A stretch of DNA of 31,852 nucleotides from a virus. Lineage: Duplodnaviria; Caudoviricetes. The position numbers were made by a program, and so were the translations under genes. The notes under the pieces were generated by a model. The model worked only from the letters and a program-made list of their open reading frames with translations, was not told where the DNA came from and did not search any database. The stretch covers positions 1 through 31,852 of the IMG/VR virus record IMGVR_UViG_3300031949_000128; one strand, written 5' to 3'. This document shows positions 16,174-24,268 of the stretch, one piece after another. Every line of letters starts with the position of its first letter. The first letter of the stretch is position 1.

Positions 16174-17445
16174 CTAGATGCCTGTGACGGAGCAGAACGC
16201 CGCCGCCCGGTAGACCACGAACGCGGTCCGCAGACCGGCGCGGATTGTCTGCTCTCCCTCCTTGAACTGATCGGCGACGAAGCCGACCTCCACCTCGATG
16301 CCCCGGCGCGGCCGCAGCTCGCAGTGCGTCGCGAAGTCGCCCACCAGGCCGGTGTTCTCGGTGATCTGGTTGCTGGTCACCACCGGCAGGCTCCACAGCC
16401 GCTTCGGGCCCGCGTCGGCGGGGTTGCCGAGGATGTAGATGCCGTCCGTCGTCCTGGTCAGGCGGATGCCCTCCCAGTCGTTGGGGTGCAGCACGATGGC
16501 GCTGGGATCCGCCGCGCCCGTGACGAGCACCTTCGTGATCGCCTTGTGGATGGCGTCGAACACCGGGTCCGTGCCCTTCGCCTGCGTCTGCAGCCCGCTC
16601 TGGTCCAGGATGCCGCTCAGGTTCGGAGCCGTGCCGTTCCCGACCAGCACCTGGCCGTCCAGCCGGCGTCGCAGGAAGAGCGAGAGACGGCCGTTCAGGA
16701 GCCCCTGTATGCCGGGCACGTCCTCCAGTTGCTCGTCGGTGACGGGCAGGCTGACGCCGAGGCTCCGCACAGTGCTGGACGCCTCAGCGTACGAGATGTC
16801 GGCCTCGGCGTAGGCCGCGCCCTCAGCGCGCTCCGCGGCCGCCTCGGTCGTCACCGTCTCCTCCATGTACACGACGGCCGCCTGGGTCGTCGGCACCGAG
16901 GGGATGATGTCCAGGACCTGCGGACCCAGCAGGGCCGCTTCCACGATCCGGCCGGTCCGCGTCGACTCCGGCGGGAAGCCGTCCGTCGTCAGGAACAGCG
17001 TCTTCAGGTACGCGATGGGGTTGTCGATGTCCTTGTGCTCGATGCTGAGGGACTTCCGCGAGTGTCCCATCGTCGCCTTGAACTCCTCGGACTCCACGAC
17101 GTACTGGCCCAGGCTCTTCCTGGGCTTTTCCGCCGTGCCCTTGCCCTCGCCGCCCGGCTGCTGCGGCCGGTTCTGTGGCTCTTCGAGCCACGCCTGCCGC
17201 TTGGCGGTGTCCGCCGCCGCCGTCGCCAGGCCCTTCGCCTCCGTCAGCTCGGTGCCCAGGCCGTTCAGCTCCTCATTGAGCCGCTGCGCCTCCGCCAGCT
17301 TCTCCTCCGGCGTCCCGCTGACGCTGGTCACCTTCGAGAAGTCGTACTGGCCGTCCTCGGTCTTGGCCTCTTTGAAGATGGCGAAGACCTTCGCCTGCTT
17401 CGCGGCGATCATTTCCAGGATTTCCTTGACTGTTCTCACCCTCAA
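16174..17445 (-). CDS. Major capsid protein, HK97 family with N-terminal delta domain
   Basis: AEGAAYAEAD, LVGNGTAPNLSGIL, IVLHPNDW, LWSLPVVTS and LVGDF motifs. Confidence 0.96.
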   Translation of the reverse strand: MRVRTVKEILEMIAAKQAKVFAIFKEAKTEDGQYDFSKVTSVSGTPEEKLAEAQRLNEELNGLGTELTEAKGLATAAADTAKRQAWLEEPQNRPQQPGGEGKGTAEKPRKSLGQYVVESEEFKATMGHSRKSLSIEHKDIDNPIAYLKTLFLTTDGFPPESTRTGRIVEAALLGPQVLDIIPSVPTTQAAVVYMEETVTTEAAAERAEGAAYAEADISYAEASSTVRSLGVSLPVTDEQLEDVPGIQGLLNGRLSLFLRRRLDGQVLVGNGTAPNLSGILDQSGLQTQAKGTDPVFDAIHKAITKVLVTGAADPSAIVLHPNDWEGIRLTRTTDGIYILGNPADAGPKRLWSLPVVTSNQITENTGLVGDFATHCELRPRRGIEVEVGFVADQFKEGEQTIRAGLRTAFVVYRAAAFCSVTGI

Positions 17446-17449
17446 CCTC

Positions 17450-18202
17450 CTACGTGGTGACAGGCACGCCCTGACGGATCAGCTCCGCCAGAGTGTGCTG
17501 ATACTGCGCGTACAACTGGCCGGCCTTCTCTGCGCTAGGCTCGGTCTCGGCCAACAGGTCGGCGAGTTCCTTCTGAAGGGCCGCCGCCCGCTCAGCCAAC
17601 TCCTTGAGCCGGTCGCGGTTCTCAGCCGATAGAGCCCGGCCCTCCTTCGCCCGGTAGTCAGCAAGCGACTCCGAGCGCTGGACGAACGCCTGCACGTCAG
17701 CAAGCACGTGCTCGGCGTGTTCCAGATAGGTCAAGCCCTCATTGCCGTTCTTGATAGCTATAGTCATCGTGTCGACGCCGGCGCCGACCATGACGGGCGA
17801 TACCTCCCAGACCTTCATCCGCTTCAGGAAGCGGACCTGCTGCCCGTTGAACTCACCTTCAGCGCGCTCCAGGATGCGGAACCCGTAGCTCCATTCCTGC
17901 AGCTCGGCCAGATTCTTCACCGTCGTGAAGTGCTCCTGCCCGGCCATCGTGTCGAGGAAGAAGCGGCCATCGAACACGGCCTTCTCCTCCTCCTCGAAGA
18001 TGCGGCCGCGGCCTACGGGCAGGTGGCCCCAGTCGTGGCCCCAGGCCGCAAGCTTGACGCTCTGCTCGCCGAAGGCGCCGGGGAGCGTGACGTCTCCGTC
18101 CTCGTCGATGACGTTCAGCGTCGCAAACACGGCCCGGACAAGCCCCTGGTCGCCCTCCTGCTTGAGCTCCAGGCCCGTAGTCGTGTAGACCTTCTTATCC
18201 AT
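17450..18202 (-). CDS. HK97-family prohead maturation protease
   Basis: DEDGDVTLPGAF, WGHDW..PVG, EWSYGF and WEVSPVMVGA (His/Ser/Glu motifs). Confidence 0.95.
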   Translation of the reverse strand: MDKKVYTTTGLELKQEGDQGLVRAVFATLNVIDEDGDVTLPGAFGEQSVKLAAWGHDWGHLPVGRGRIFEEEEKAVFDGRFFLDTMAGQEHFTTVKNLAELQEWSYGFRILERAEGEFNGQQVRFLKRMKVWEVSPVMVGAGVDTMTIAIKNGNEGLTYLEHAEHVLADVQAFVQRSESLADYRAKEGRALSAENRDRLKELAERAAALQKELADLLAETEPSAEKAGQLYAQYQHTLAELIRQGVPVTT

Positions 18203-18214
18203 GCGATCTCCTCC

Positions 18215-20266
18215 TCATGCCATCACCGGCGCCAGGCTGAGCGTCCCCGAGGGGTGCTCCGTGTTCGTCGCCGCCTCGCCCGCCGAAACCGAGACGACGG
18301 CCCCGTTGCGCGCGGCGCAGGCCGGGTCGCCGTCGCCGTCCACCATCTGCACCCTCGAGATACCATTCCCCCGGTAGGCCGCGGCCGTCCCCATATTGGT
18401 CGACCACATCGCCTCCGTGACGGCTACTATCTGTGGCCGGCCGGCGTAGTAGGACTCGACGCGCTGTCGCAGCGCCGGGAAGTCGTCGTCAGGCACTCCG
18501 GTGACGATCTGCTCCAGGCTGTAGCCCCGCCGCTGCCCTTCGTCGAACGCGTCCGTCAGCGCGCCCCTCGTGCCGTCGTTGATGCGCCGGCCGCGGTGGG
18601 CCGCTTCACCGAGGACGGCCGCAGTCGCCGCGCTGTCCTCCTCGAAACCCGCCTCCAGGCTGAACGTCTCGGCCGCGAGATCCCAGCCGCCGGCGATGCC
18701 CGCCAGCCAGAGCGGGCGGAGCGCCTCCGCCGCCAGGCCATCCTCTTCGTCCGGCAGCAGCGTCCGCACTCCCACCACGGCCTCCTTGCGGCCCGCACCG
18801 TTGCCGCTGCGCAGCGTCACCGCCGCCGCCAGCCGCTCCATCGCCCGCTCGGCCTGGGCCGCGAAGAACGCCGCCACGTCGGCCTTGAACCGCTCCGCGA
18901 TCCGCTGCCTCAACTCGGCCACCTGCCGCGCGAAGGCATTAGCCGGATCGCTCGCCTTGAACCCCTTCGGCATCGCCGGCGGCGCGCTGCCATCGCGGGT
19001 CGGCACGATGGTAAACGGCCGCAGGTAGACGTCGTCGTCCACCCCTACGGGTAGACCGACCGCGCGCTTGGCTTCCGCCACCTTGCCCCAACCGCCGCGC
19101 ACGGCCCGGTCCACCCGCTCGTACACCTTGTCCATGTCGGGCTGCAGCGCTCGCACGTTCGTCAGATCGAAGGCGACCGTCCTGTTCTCGTCGTCATCGA
19201 AGTCCGGCAGCGCCTGGATCGTCAGCTCCGCGGCCACGATCCGCTGGATCGGCACGATCCCCTGCTCGATGGCGAACTCAATCAGGGCCTCTATATTCGT
19301 AAAAGTGGACCTGCTCAAACCTGCGCCAAGGCCCGCCACGATGGCGGGCACGCCCAGCACCGCGCTCACGCGCTCCTCAGGCACCTGTCGCAGGTCGCGA
19401 AGATTCATCTGCTCCGGCGAGAACGAAAGCACCTGCACACGGGTAGGCTGCGTCATCACCATAGCTTCCCCACGACGGTCGCCGCCGAACTTCTGCATCG
19501 CCATCTGCTTGATCTCTTCGGCATTCTCCGGTGTCACCCTCGCCCCCGGCGCTGAACTCTCCGGCGAGATCACCAGGCCCGGCACGCCCAAATTACGCAC
19601 TAGACTCGCCGAAAAATTCGCGCATTCGTCATCGGTGAACAGCTCCCTTAAGACTGAGAACAACGGCGATAGCCCCTTGCGCGTGTTCTCGGGGTCGAGG
19701 CCCCAGCGGAAGTGAACGACGTCGCGCGGGTCGTACTTCACCGGCTCCAGCATCCGCCCCGGCCGGTACTCATAGTGACTGATGAACACCGAACCGTCGT
19801 CGGGCCATCGCGGCTCCATCGTCCACGACGGCGCCCACCAATACTCCGCGACCTTGCCCCGGCCGTCCATGCCCCCTTGTTCCCGGCTTCGCACCTTCAG
19901 CCAGTAGGCGTTGCCCGTCGTCGTCCTGTCGACGAGCGTGGCGTACCAGAGCAACGGGCCCGGATAGTGAGGGTTGGGGCGCTCGACGAGCCGCGGGAAG
20001 GGATGGCGCGCCACCCGAAGGCGCTGCCCGTCGCTACCCTCATCGAGCACCGTCACCGGCGCTTCGGGGAAGGTCCGCGCGATCCAGTTGACGCAGGCGA
20101 CGACGATGCTGTTGCCCGTCCCGTCGCCCACCTCCTGGCCGTAGTCGAAACGGGTGCGCGGCAGCAGGAACTGCCAGAAGGGGCCGGTCCGCCCGGACCA
20201 GCGCATCGCAGCCTTGAGGCGCGCCCCGATGGCCCTGAACGGTGCCGCCAGCGCCTTGCGGATCAT
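18215..20266 (-). CDS. HK97-family portal protein fused to a C-terminal MuF-like minor head domain (683 aa)
   Basis: GNAYWLK, DVVHFR..GLSPL and VLGVPAIVAG portal motifs. The C-terminal ~240 aa has RINDGTR, VAVTEA, DPACAARNG and EHPSG. Confidence 0.9.
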   Translation of the reverse strand: MIRKALAAPFRAIGARLKAAMRWSGRTGPFWQFLLPRTRFDYGQEVGDGTGNSIVVACVNWIARTFPEAPVTVLDEGSDGQRLRVARHPFPRLVERPNPHYPGPLLWYATLVDRTTTGNAYWLKVRSREQGGMDGRGKVAEYWWAPSWTMEPRWPDDGSVFISHYEYRPGRMLEPVKYDPRDVVHFRWGLDPENTRKGLSPLFSVLRELFTDDECANFSASLVRNLGVPGLVISPESSAPGARVTPENAEEIKQMAMQKFGGDRRGEAMVMTQPTRVQVLSFSPEQMNLRDLRQVPEERVSAVLGVPAIVAGLGAGLSRSTFTNIEALIEFAIEQGIVPIQRIVAAELTIQALPDFDDDENRTVAFDLTNVRALQPDMDKVYERVDRAVRGGWGKVAEAKRAVGLPVGVDDDVYLRPFTIVPTRDGSAPPAMPKGFKASDPANAFARQVAELRQRIAERFKADVAAFFAAQAERAMERLAAAVTLRSGNGAGRKEAVVGVRTLLPDEEDGLAAEALRPLWLAGIAGGWDLAAETFSLEAGFEEDSAATAAVLGEAAHRGRRINDGTRGALTDAFDEGQRRGYSLEQIVTGVPDDDFPALRQRVESYYAGRPQIVAVTEAMWSTNMGTAAAYRGNGISRVQMVDGDGDPACAARNGAVVSVSAGEAATNTEHPSGTLSLAPVMA

Positions 20267-21870
20267 ACCGCCACCCACGGCACCGGCTGCCCCGCCCCCG
20301 CCGCGATCGCGTCCGTGCGCGCCTCCCACGACAGGGCCGCCGCCATCGCCCCGTCGATTTTGTGCGGCGAGTCGGGCCGTTCCTTGCAGATCACATAGAG
20401 ACGCTCACCCTCGCCGTCACGCAGGTTCGTCACCCGGCGGCAGGCGTTCCCGATGTGCCGCGCCAGGTCCTCATTTCCGTCGTGCGTCAGCTCCCCGGAC
20501 TGGATCGCCGTAGCGAAGTCCTGAAGCGACGCCGCCATCTGCCCCAGCCGGTTCGTCCGCCACTCCATCACCCGGTCGCCCCAGCGCGCATGCCAGGAAG
20601 CCAGCCAGCCCTCCCACCAGTAAGGGTCCGCGTACATCCGCCAGACCTCCCAGCGTTCGAAGGCGGCCGTCACGATGGCGTCCACCTCGCGCTCTGGCAC
20701 CGCCCACTCGGCCGCGCCCAGGGGCCGCTCCCACAGGCCAAGCAGCCACTGGTAACCGGTCTCAACGTGGGTCCCGACGAGCGCCGTCGCGTCGTCGTAG
20801 CGCGCGCCGTCAAAGCCCAGCGTTATCAGTTCGCCGTCGGCGATGACCACGCCCGGCCGCGCCAGCTCCCTCCAGCGCATGGCGTCGAACGCCTTGGCGG
20901 AACCCTTAACAAGCCTGTTGGTCCAGACCTGCTCCCAGTGGGCCCGGTCTGTTTGAGGGTCACGCCAAAGCTCGATGATGCTGTCGATGTCGGACCAGGG
21001 AGCCGCCGGGCCACGCGCTTCGATGGCGGCCGCCCGCGCCCCTTTCTCAGTGCTCACGTCGTGGCGAGCGCTCGCCTCACGGTGGAAGAAGAAGAGACGT
21101 GAGTCCTTCAGTCGTCCCTCAGCGACCGCCCGCGCGTAGTCCATGGTTCCCTCTGCCACCGACCCCGACCCCGGTTCCGGTGCCGTTGTTGTCTCCAGAC
21201 TCCAGGCATCCGCCTCCCGTCGCTTTGGGATATTCGCCAGCATGATCCGATGTGTTCGAACCATGCGCGGGAGGGTAAAGAGCCAGGTTTCGTCAAAATG
21301 TTGCCAACTCGTCCGGGCACCTTCCCTGGCGCCGGGCGCTGTCGCTAGGGCCTCTGCCTTGCCATCCCCGCCCTTGCGCATAATGCGCTCCAGGCCGATG
21401 TCGAAGTCACCTGCCAGGCGTCCCTCCGAGAGGATCACCAACAGCGCACCAAACGCTAATTCTTCGGTCGTCTGTTCTGTGTACCCAACCATCGGCAGAT
21501 AAGGATCGCGAACTGGCCCGCCCACAGGCTGCGTAGGGTCGCCACGCACCCCCCAGCCGACACAGCGGACTGGCCCATCCCGATGAAGTTCTACGGCCGC
21601 TATCAAGGCCGCCTTTTCGGTCTTCGCCGTCCCTTTGGCGCTAGACAGCCCGACGCGCTTGAACCGCCGCCTGCCAGCGTTGGGATCATCCCGCGGATAG
21701 ACTTCGTACATGCGGTAGATCAGAGCCCGCGTCTCATCGTCCAGTCGCACGGGCTCGCCCCGGATGTCACCTGGTCCATGAACCAGATAGGACTCGATGA
21801 ACTCGCAGACCTGCGGCCCCAGCGTCGGCCAAGGCTCCTCCTCCAGAGACGGCACGCAGAGGACCGTCAC
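20263..21870 (-). CDS. terL: Terminase large subunit (535 aa)
   Basis: Walker A-like AKGTAKTE, Walker B-like HFDET, nuclease LGFDGA..DATAL, YADPY and KIDGAMA. GTGA overlap start. Confidence 0.95.
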   Translation of the reverse strand: MTVLCVPSLEEEPWPTLGPQVCEFIESYLVHGPGDIRGEPVRLDDETRALIYRMYEVYPRDDPNAGRRRFKRVGLSSAKGTAKTEKAALIAAVELHRDGPVRCVGWGVRGDPTQPVGGPVRDPYLPMVGYTEQTTEELAFGALLVILSEGRLAGDFDIGLERIMRKGGDGKAEALATAPGAREGARTSWQHFDETWLFTLPRMVRTHRIMLANIPKRREADAWSLETTTAPEPGSGSVAEGTMDYARAVAEGRLKDSRLFFFHREASARHDVSTEKGARAAAIEARGPAAPWSDIDSIIELWRDPQTDRAHWEQVWTNRLVKGSAKAFDAMRWRELARPGVVIADGELITLGFDGARYDDATALVGTHVETGYQWLLGLWERPLGAAEWAVPEREVDAIVTAAFERWEVWRMYADPYWWEGWLASWHARWGDRVMEWRTNRLGQMAASLQDFATAIQSGELTHDGNEDLARHIGNACRRVTNLRDGEGERLYVICKERPDSPHKIDGAMAAALSWEARTDAIAAGAGQPVPWVAV

Positions 21871-22310
21871 TTCACGGCCCTCAGCCGTGCGCGCGGGTCG
21901 CCCGTCGCCGCTACTGGTCCCGATCTGCGCTGTGGCGCCGGGCTCTCCTCCTCCGGCTGCCTGATCGTCCATTCAAGGCGCCGCCGGTCGATGGGCGTCA
22001 GCCCGAACGCCAGGCGTTGTTGACGGATCTCCGCCGCCAGCGCCGTGGTCGGCTCTCTCCAGAAGCGGTCCACCAGCTCGGCCAGGATATAGAGCTGGTG
22101 GACATCCGCCTCCAGGAAGCGCGGCGCCATCGGGCTCCGCCAGATGTCCTCCCACCAGGCTCGCGTCAGGTTCGTCCACGTCCGGCGCCTCGGTCGGCGC
22201 GGCAGCGCCGGTCCCTCAGCGAGCGGCGCTTCTGGCTCCAGATCAGCGGCCGTCACTGTCCGATTCCGCCGCTGGCGGACCTGCGGGTCCTTCGGCTGCG
22301 GTCCCCTCAC
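21867..22310 (-). CDS. terS: Terminase small subunit
   Basis: RGPQPK..RQRRN, WWEDIWRSPMA and AFGLTPIDRRRLEW motifs. Directly upstream of TerL. Confidence 0.88.
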   Translation of the reverse strand: MRGPQPKDPQVRQRRNRTVTAADLEPEAPLAEGPALPRRPRRRTWTNLTRAWWEDIWRSPMAPRFLEADVHQLYILAELVDRFWREPTTALAAEIRQQRLAFGLTPIDRRRLEWTIRQPEEESPAPQRRSGPVAATGDPRARLRAVK

Positions 22311-22399
22311 GTCAGAGCCCCAAACTCGTACACAGAAAAATCAGCTTGCGGTGCGGTAGGCCGGATACGAACCGTCAGAGATTTTTCGAGAGGTGGGGT

Positions 22400-22427
22400 A
22401 GTATACTTTGCACAACATGGCGACCAA
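22400..22427. promoter_or_regulatory. Palindromic -10 element AGTATACT (TATACT on both strands), putative divergent promoters
   Basis: Plus TATACT 22402-22407 is 9 nt before the HNH ATG. Minus TTGGTC-N16-TATACT points toward terS. Confidence 0.5.
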
Positions 22428-23022
22428 GGCGGCCCTCGCCGAGAAGCAGCGCGCCTACTACCAGCGACACAAGGCTGCCACCAATGAGCGGGTGCGCGTC
22501 TATCGCGAGCGCTACAAGGATGCCTACACCGCCTACCAGAGCGCCTACCGAGAGCACCGTCGCACTACTTACCGCGAGTCGCCGGATATGCGGGAGCAGC
22601 GGCTCGCCGCCGGGCGTGCTTGGTACCAGGAACACCGGGAGGAGATCGCAGTCAAGGGCCGCGCCTATCGGCGCCTTCCCCATGTCAGGGAACGGCGCCG
22701 AGCCTACAACCTGCGTCCTGATGTCCTGGCACGCCGGCGCGAGAAGGCACACGTTGAGAGGCAAGCGCGCCGGGCGAAGGCGCGCGGCGTTCGCATTCGG
22801 CCCCGTGATATCTATGAACGCGACGCTTGGCGATGCGGCGTCTGTCATCGGCGGATCGATCCCCGCCTGCGATGGCCAGACCTCAAGAGCGCGTCGCTCG
22901 ATCACATCATGCCGTTGGCCCAGGGAGGGAAGCACGTCCTCGCGAATCTCCAAGCGGCTCACCTCTACTGCAATTCTCGCAAGACCGACCGAGGGCCAGG
23001 CCAACTCCGGCTGATCTCATAA
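22417..23022 (+). CDS. Free-standing HNH endonuclease (putative homing endonuclease)
   Basis: IYERDAWRCGVC...SLDHIMPLAQGGKHVLANLQAAHLYCNSRK HNH domain with an R/Y-rich helical N-terminus. Only counter-oriented gene. Confidence 0.9.
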   Translation: MATKAALAEKQRAYYQRHKAATNERVRVYRERYKDAYTAYQSAYREHRRTTYRESPDMREQRLAAGRAWYQEHREEIAVKGRAYRRLPHVRERRRAYNLRPDVLARRREKAHVERQARRAKARGVRIRPRDIYERDAWRCGVCHRRIDPRLRWPDLKSASLDHIMPLAQGGKHVLANLQAAHLYCNSRKTDRGPGQLRLIS

Positions 23023-23348
23023 ACCCGTCCCCCGTCGCGCGTCATCGTCTTGCGGCTGTGGCACGGCTTGCAGAGGCCCTGGCCGTTCGTGAGGCTCCAG
23101 CCGCCGCCCTGACTGAGCGGGGTGATGTGGTCCGCCTCGCGCGACGGTGCTTGCCCGCACGCCCTGCAGATGGGGTCGCGAGCCAAGACCGCCGCCCTCC
23201 ACTGGCGGTGAGCGGCCCCGTACCCGCGCTCGGCTGCCGTCCCGCGCCGACGCTCGTAGGCCCGCGCGTGCCCGGCGCAGAGGCCGCGTGGTCCGGCGAT
23301 GGCCGGGCAGCGCGGCGTCCGGCAGGGGGTCGCGAGTCTGATTGGCAT
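22965..23348 (-). CDS. Packaging-associated HNH endonuclease (HK97 gp74-like)
   Basis: PCRTPRCP..LCAGH, RGYG..W, RDPICRAC, ADHITPLSQGG and NGQGLCKPCHSRKT. Upstream of terS. Confidence 0.92.
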   Translation of the reverse strand: MPIRLATPCRTPRCPAIAGPRGLCAGHARAYERRRGTAAERGYGAAHRQWRAAVLARDPICRACGQAPSREADHITPLSQGGGWSLTNGQGLCKPCHSRKTMTRDGGRVYEISRSWPGPRSVLRELQ

Positions 23349-23704
23349 CAGGAGTACCACTCCTCGCCGGGCCGCCCGCTGAGTTCGGCGACGACATCAC
23401 GGGTGCGGTGAGTCGCGCAAAGGGGGTAACTCCCTCCGTGGCCCAAGTCGGCCCACAGCGCCGTCCAGTCGCCACACTTCGCGCAGTGATGCTGGCTGTC
23501 GGTCTCCGACAGCCTTATGTGGTCGAGTTGGTACTCGTGGTAGTGGGCCGCCGCTTCGTCAGCCGTCTCATGGCCTGGGCAGTCGCCGCAATAGCCCGAT
23601 GCGTAGACACGCTTCGTGTTGTCGTTGTAGACGGTCCAGCGCCACTTGCCGGCGTCGGCGCGGTCGGCGCTCTCGTCTATCTGGCGCGGCTTGGCAAAGT
23701 TCAC
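23348..23704 (-). CDS. Hypothetical Cys/His-rich protein (118 aa)
   Basis: GTGA overlap start. CGDCPGH, CAKC and LCATH motifs. Confidence 0.7.
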   Translation of the reverse strand: MNFAKPRQIDESADRADAGKWRWTVYNDNTKRVYASGYCGDCPGHETADEAAAHYHEYQLDHIRLSETDSQHHCAKCGDWTALWADLGHGGSYPLCATHRTRDVVAELSGRPGEEWYS

Positions 23705-24156
23705 GCCATCGCCCCCGCTCGGAGCTTCTGGCGCAGCCGGCACAGGTGGACGCGCTCAGCGACCGTTAGGGGCCGCAAGTCGTCGAGCATCGCGGCCAGG
23801 GCCTGGCGCTGACGTGGCGTGGCCGCAGCCATGGCTGAGGCGAGCTGCTCCCGCGTCTCAAGGGCCGCTGCGGGGTCCTGCCGGCGATCCTCGAGCCAGG
23901 CGCCGTCCTCCAGCGTGTTGTGAACGGGCGCTCGGCGGCGCTGCCGGAAGAAGTCCATCGCCACCGAACGGACGACTGTCCACCAAAGGGCCTTCGGGAA
24001 GTCGACGCGCTCCAGATCGTATCCTAGCAGGCGAAGCGCCACTTCCTGGCTGGCGTCATCCACGTCGGGCCCACGGAGACCGAAGTAACCGATAAGGATC
24101 GCCCGCGTACGGTTCTCGTGTTTGAGGGCGAACTGTAGGACTGTGTTCACGGGCAT
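23701..24156 (-). CDS. ECF-like sigma-70 factor with shortened region 4 (151 aa)
   Basis: Region 2 motifs DDASQEVALRL and WWTVVRSVAMDFFRQRRR, linker DPAAALETRE, region 4 start TPRQRQAL. Confidence 0.8.
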   Translation of the reverse strand: MPVNTVLQFALKHENRTRAILIGYFGLRGPDVDDASQEVALRLLGYDLERVDFPKALWWTVVRSVAMDFFRQRRRAPVHNTLEDGAWLEDRRQDPAAALETREQLASAMAAATPRQRQALAAMLDDLRPLTVAERVHLCRLRQKLRAGAMA

Positions 24157-24185
24157 AGAAAAGGCCCGCCGTGGTGGCGGGCCTT
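24157..24185 (-). terminator. Intrinsic terminator abutting the sigma start codon
   Basis: AAGGCCCGCC-ACCAC-GGCGGGCCTT then TTCT-ATG (10-bp stem, TTTT tract). Confidence 0.75.
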
Positions 24186-24214
24186 GACGCGCCCCCTGTG
24201 GGCGCACTCTTGCA

Positions 24215-24268
24215 ACTCTAGCGTATCACGCCAGTGTCAAGGGTTTGGGTGCTGCTGGTGCTGCTGGT
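24215..24268 (-). promoter_or_regulatory. Putative promoter with upstream direct repeat
   Basis: TTGACA (24240-24235) and TAGAGT (24220-24215), but the spacer is only 14 nt. ACCAGCAGC x2 + ACC at 24268-24248. Confidence 0.4.

Noticed and set aside
695-17452. Genome-wide amber (TAG) recoding
   Set aside because: TAG ends many genes at sensible positions (capsid, protease, Dit, tube), and no conserved gene is interrupted by TAG.
16171-19054. Long plus-strand ORFs (429 aa, 448 aa and many similar ones across the window)
   Set aside because: They are antisense shadows of high-GC3 genes, R/P/A-rich, with no motifs.
22375-23004. 209-aa minus-strand ORF with hydrophobic stretches
   Set aside because: It is antisense to the clear plus-strand HNH gene. 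The hydrophobicity is the mirror of its Y/R/E/Q codons.
24224-24240. TATCACGCCAGTG resembles a lambda operator
   Set aside because: A short match with an indel in an unrelated high-GC phage, with no CI-like gene in the window. Probably chance.
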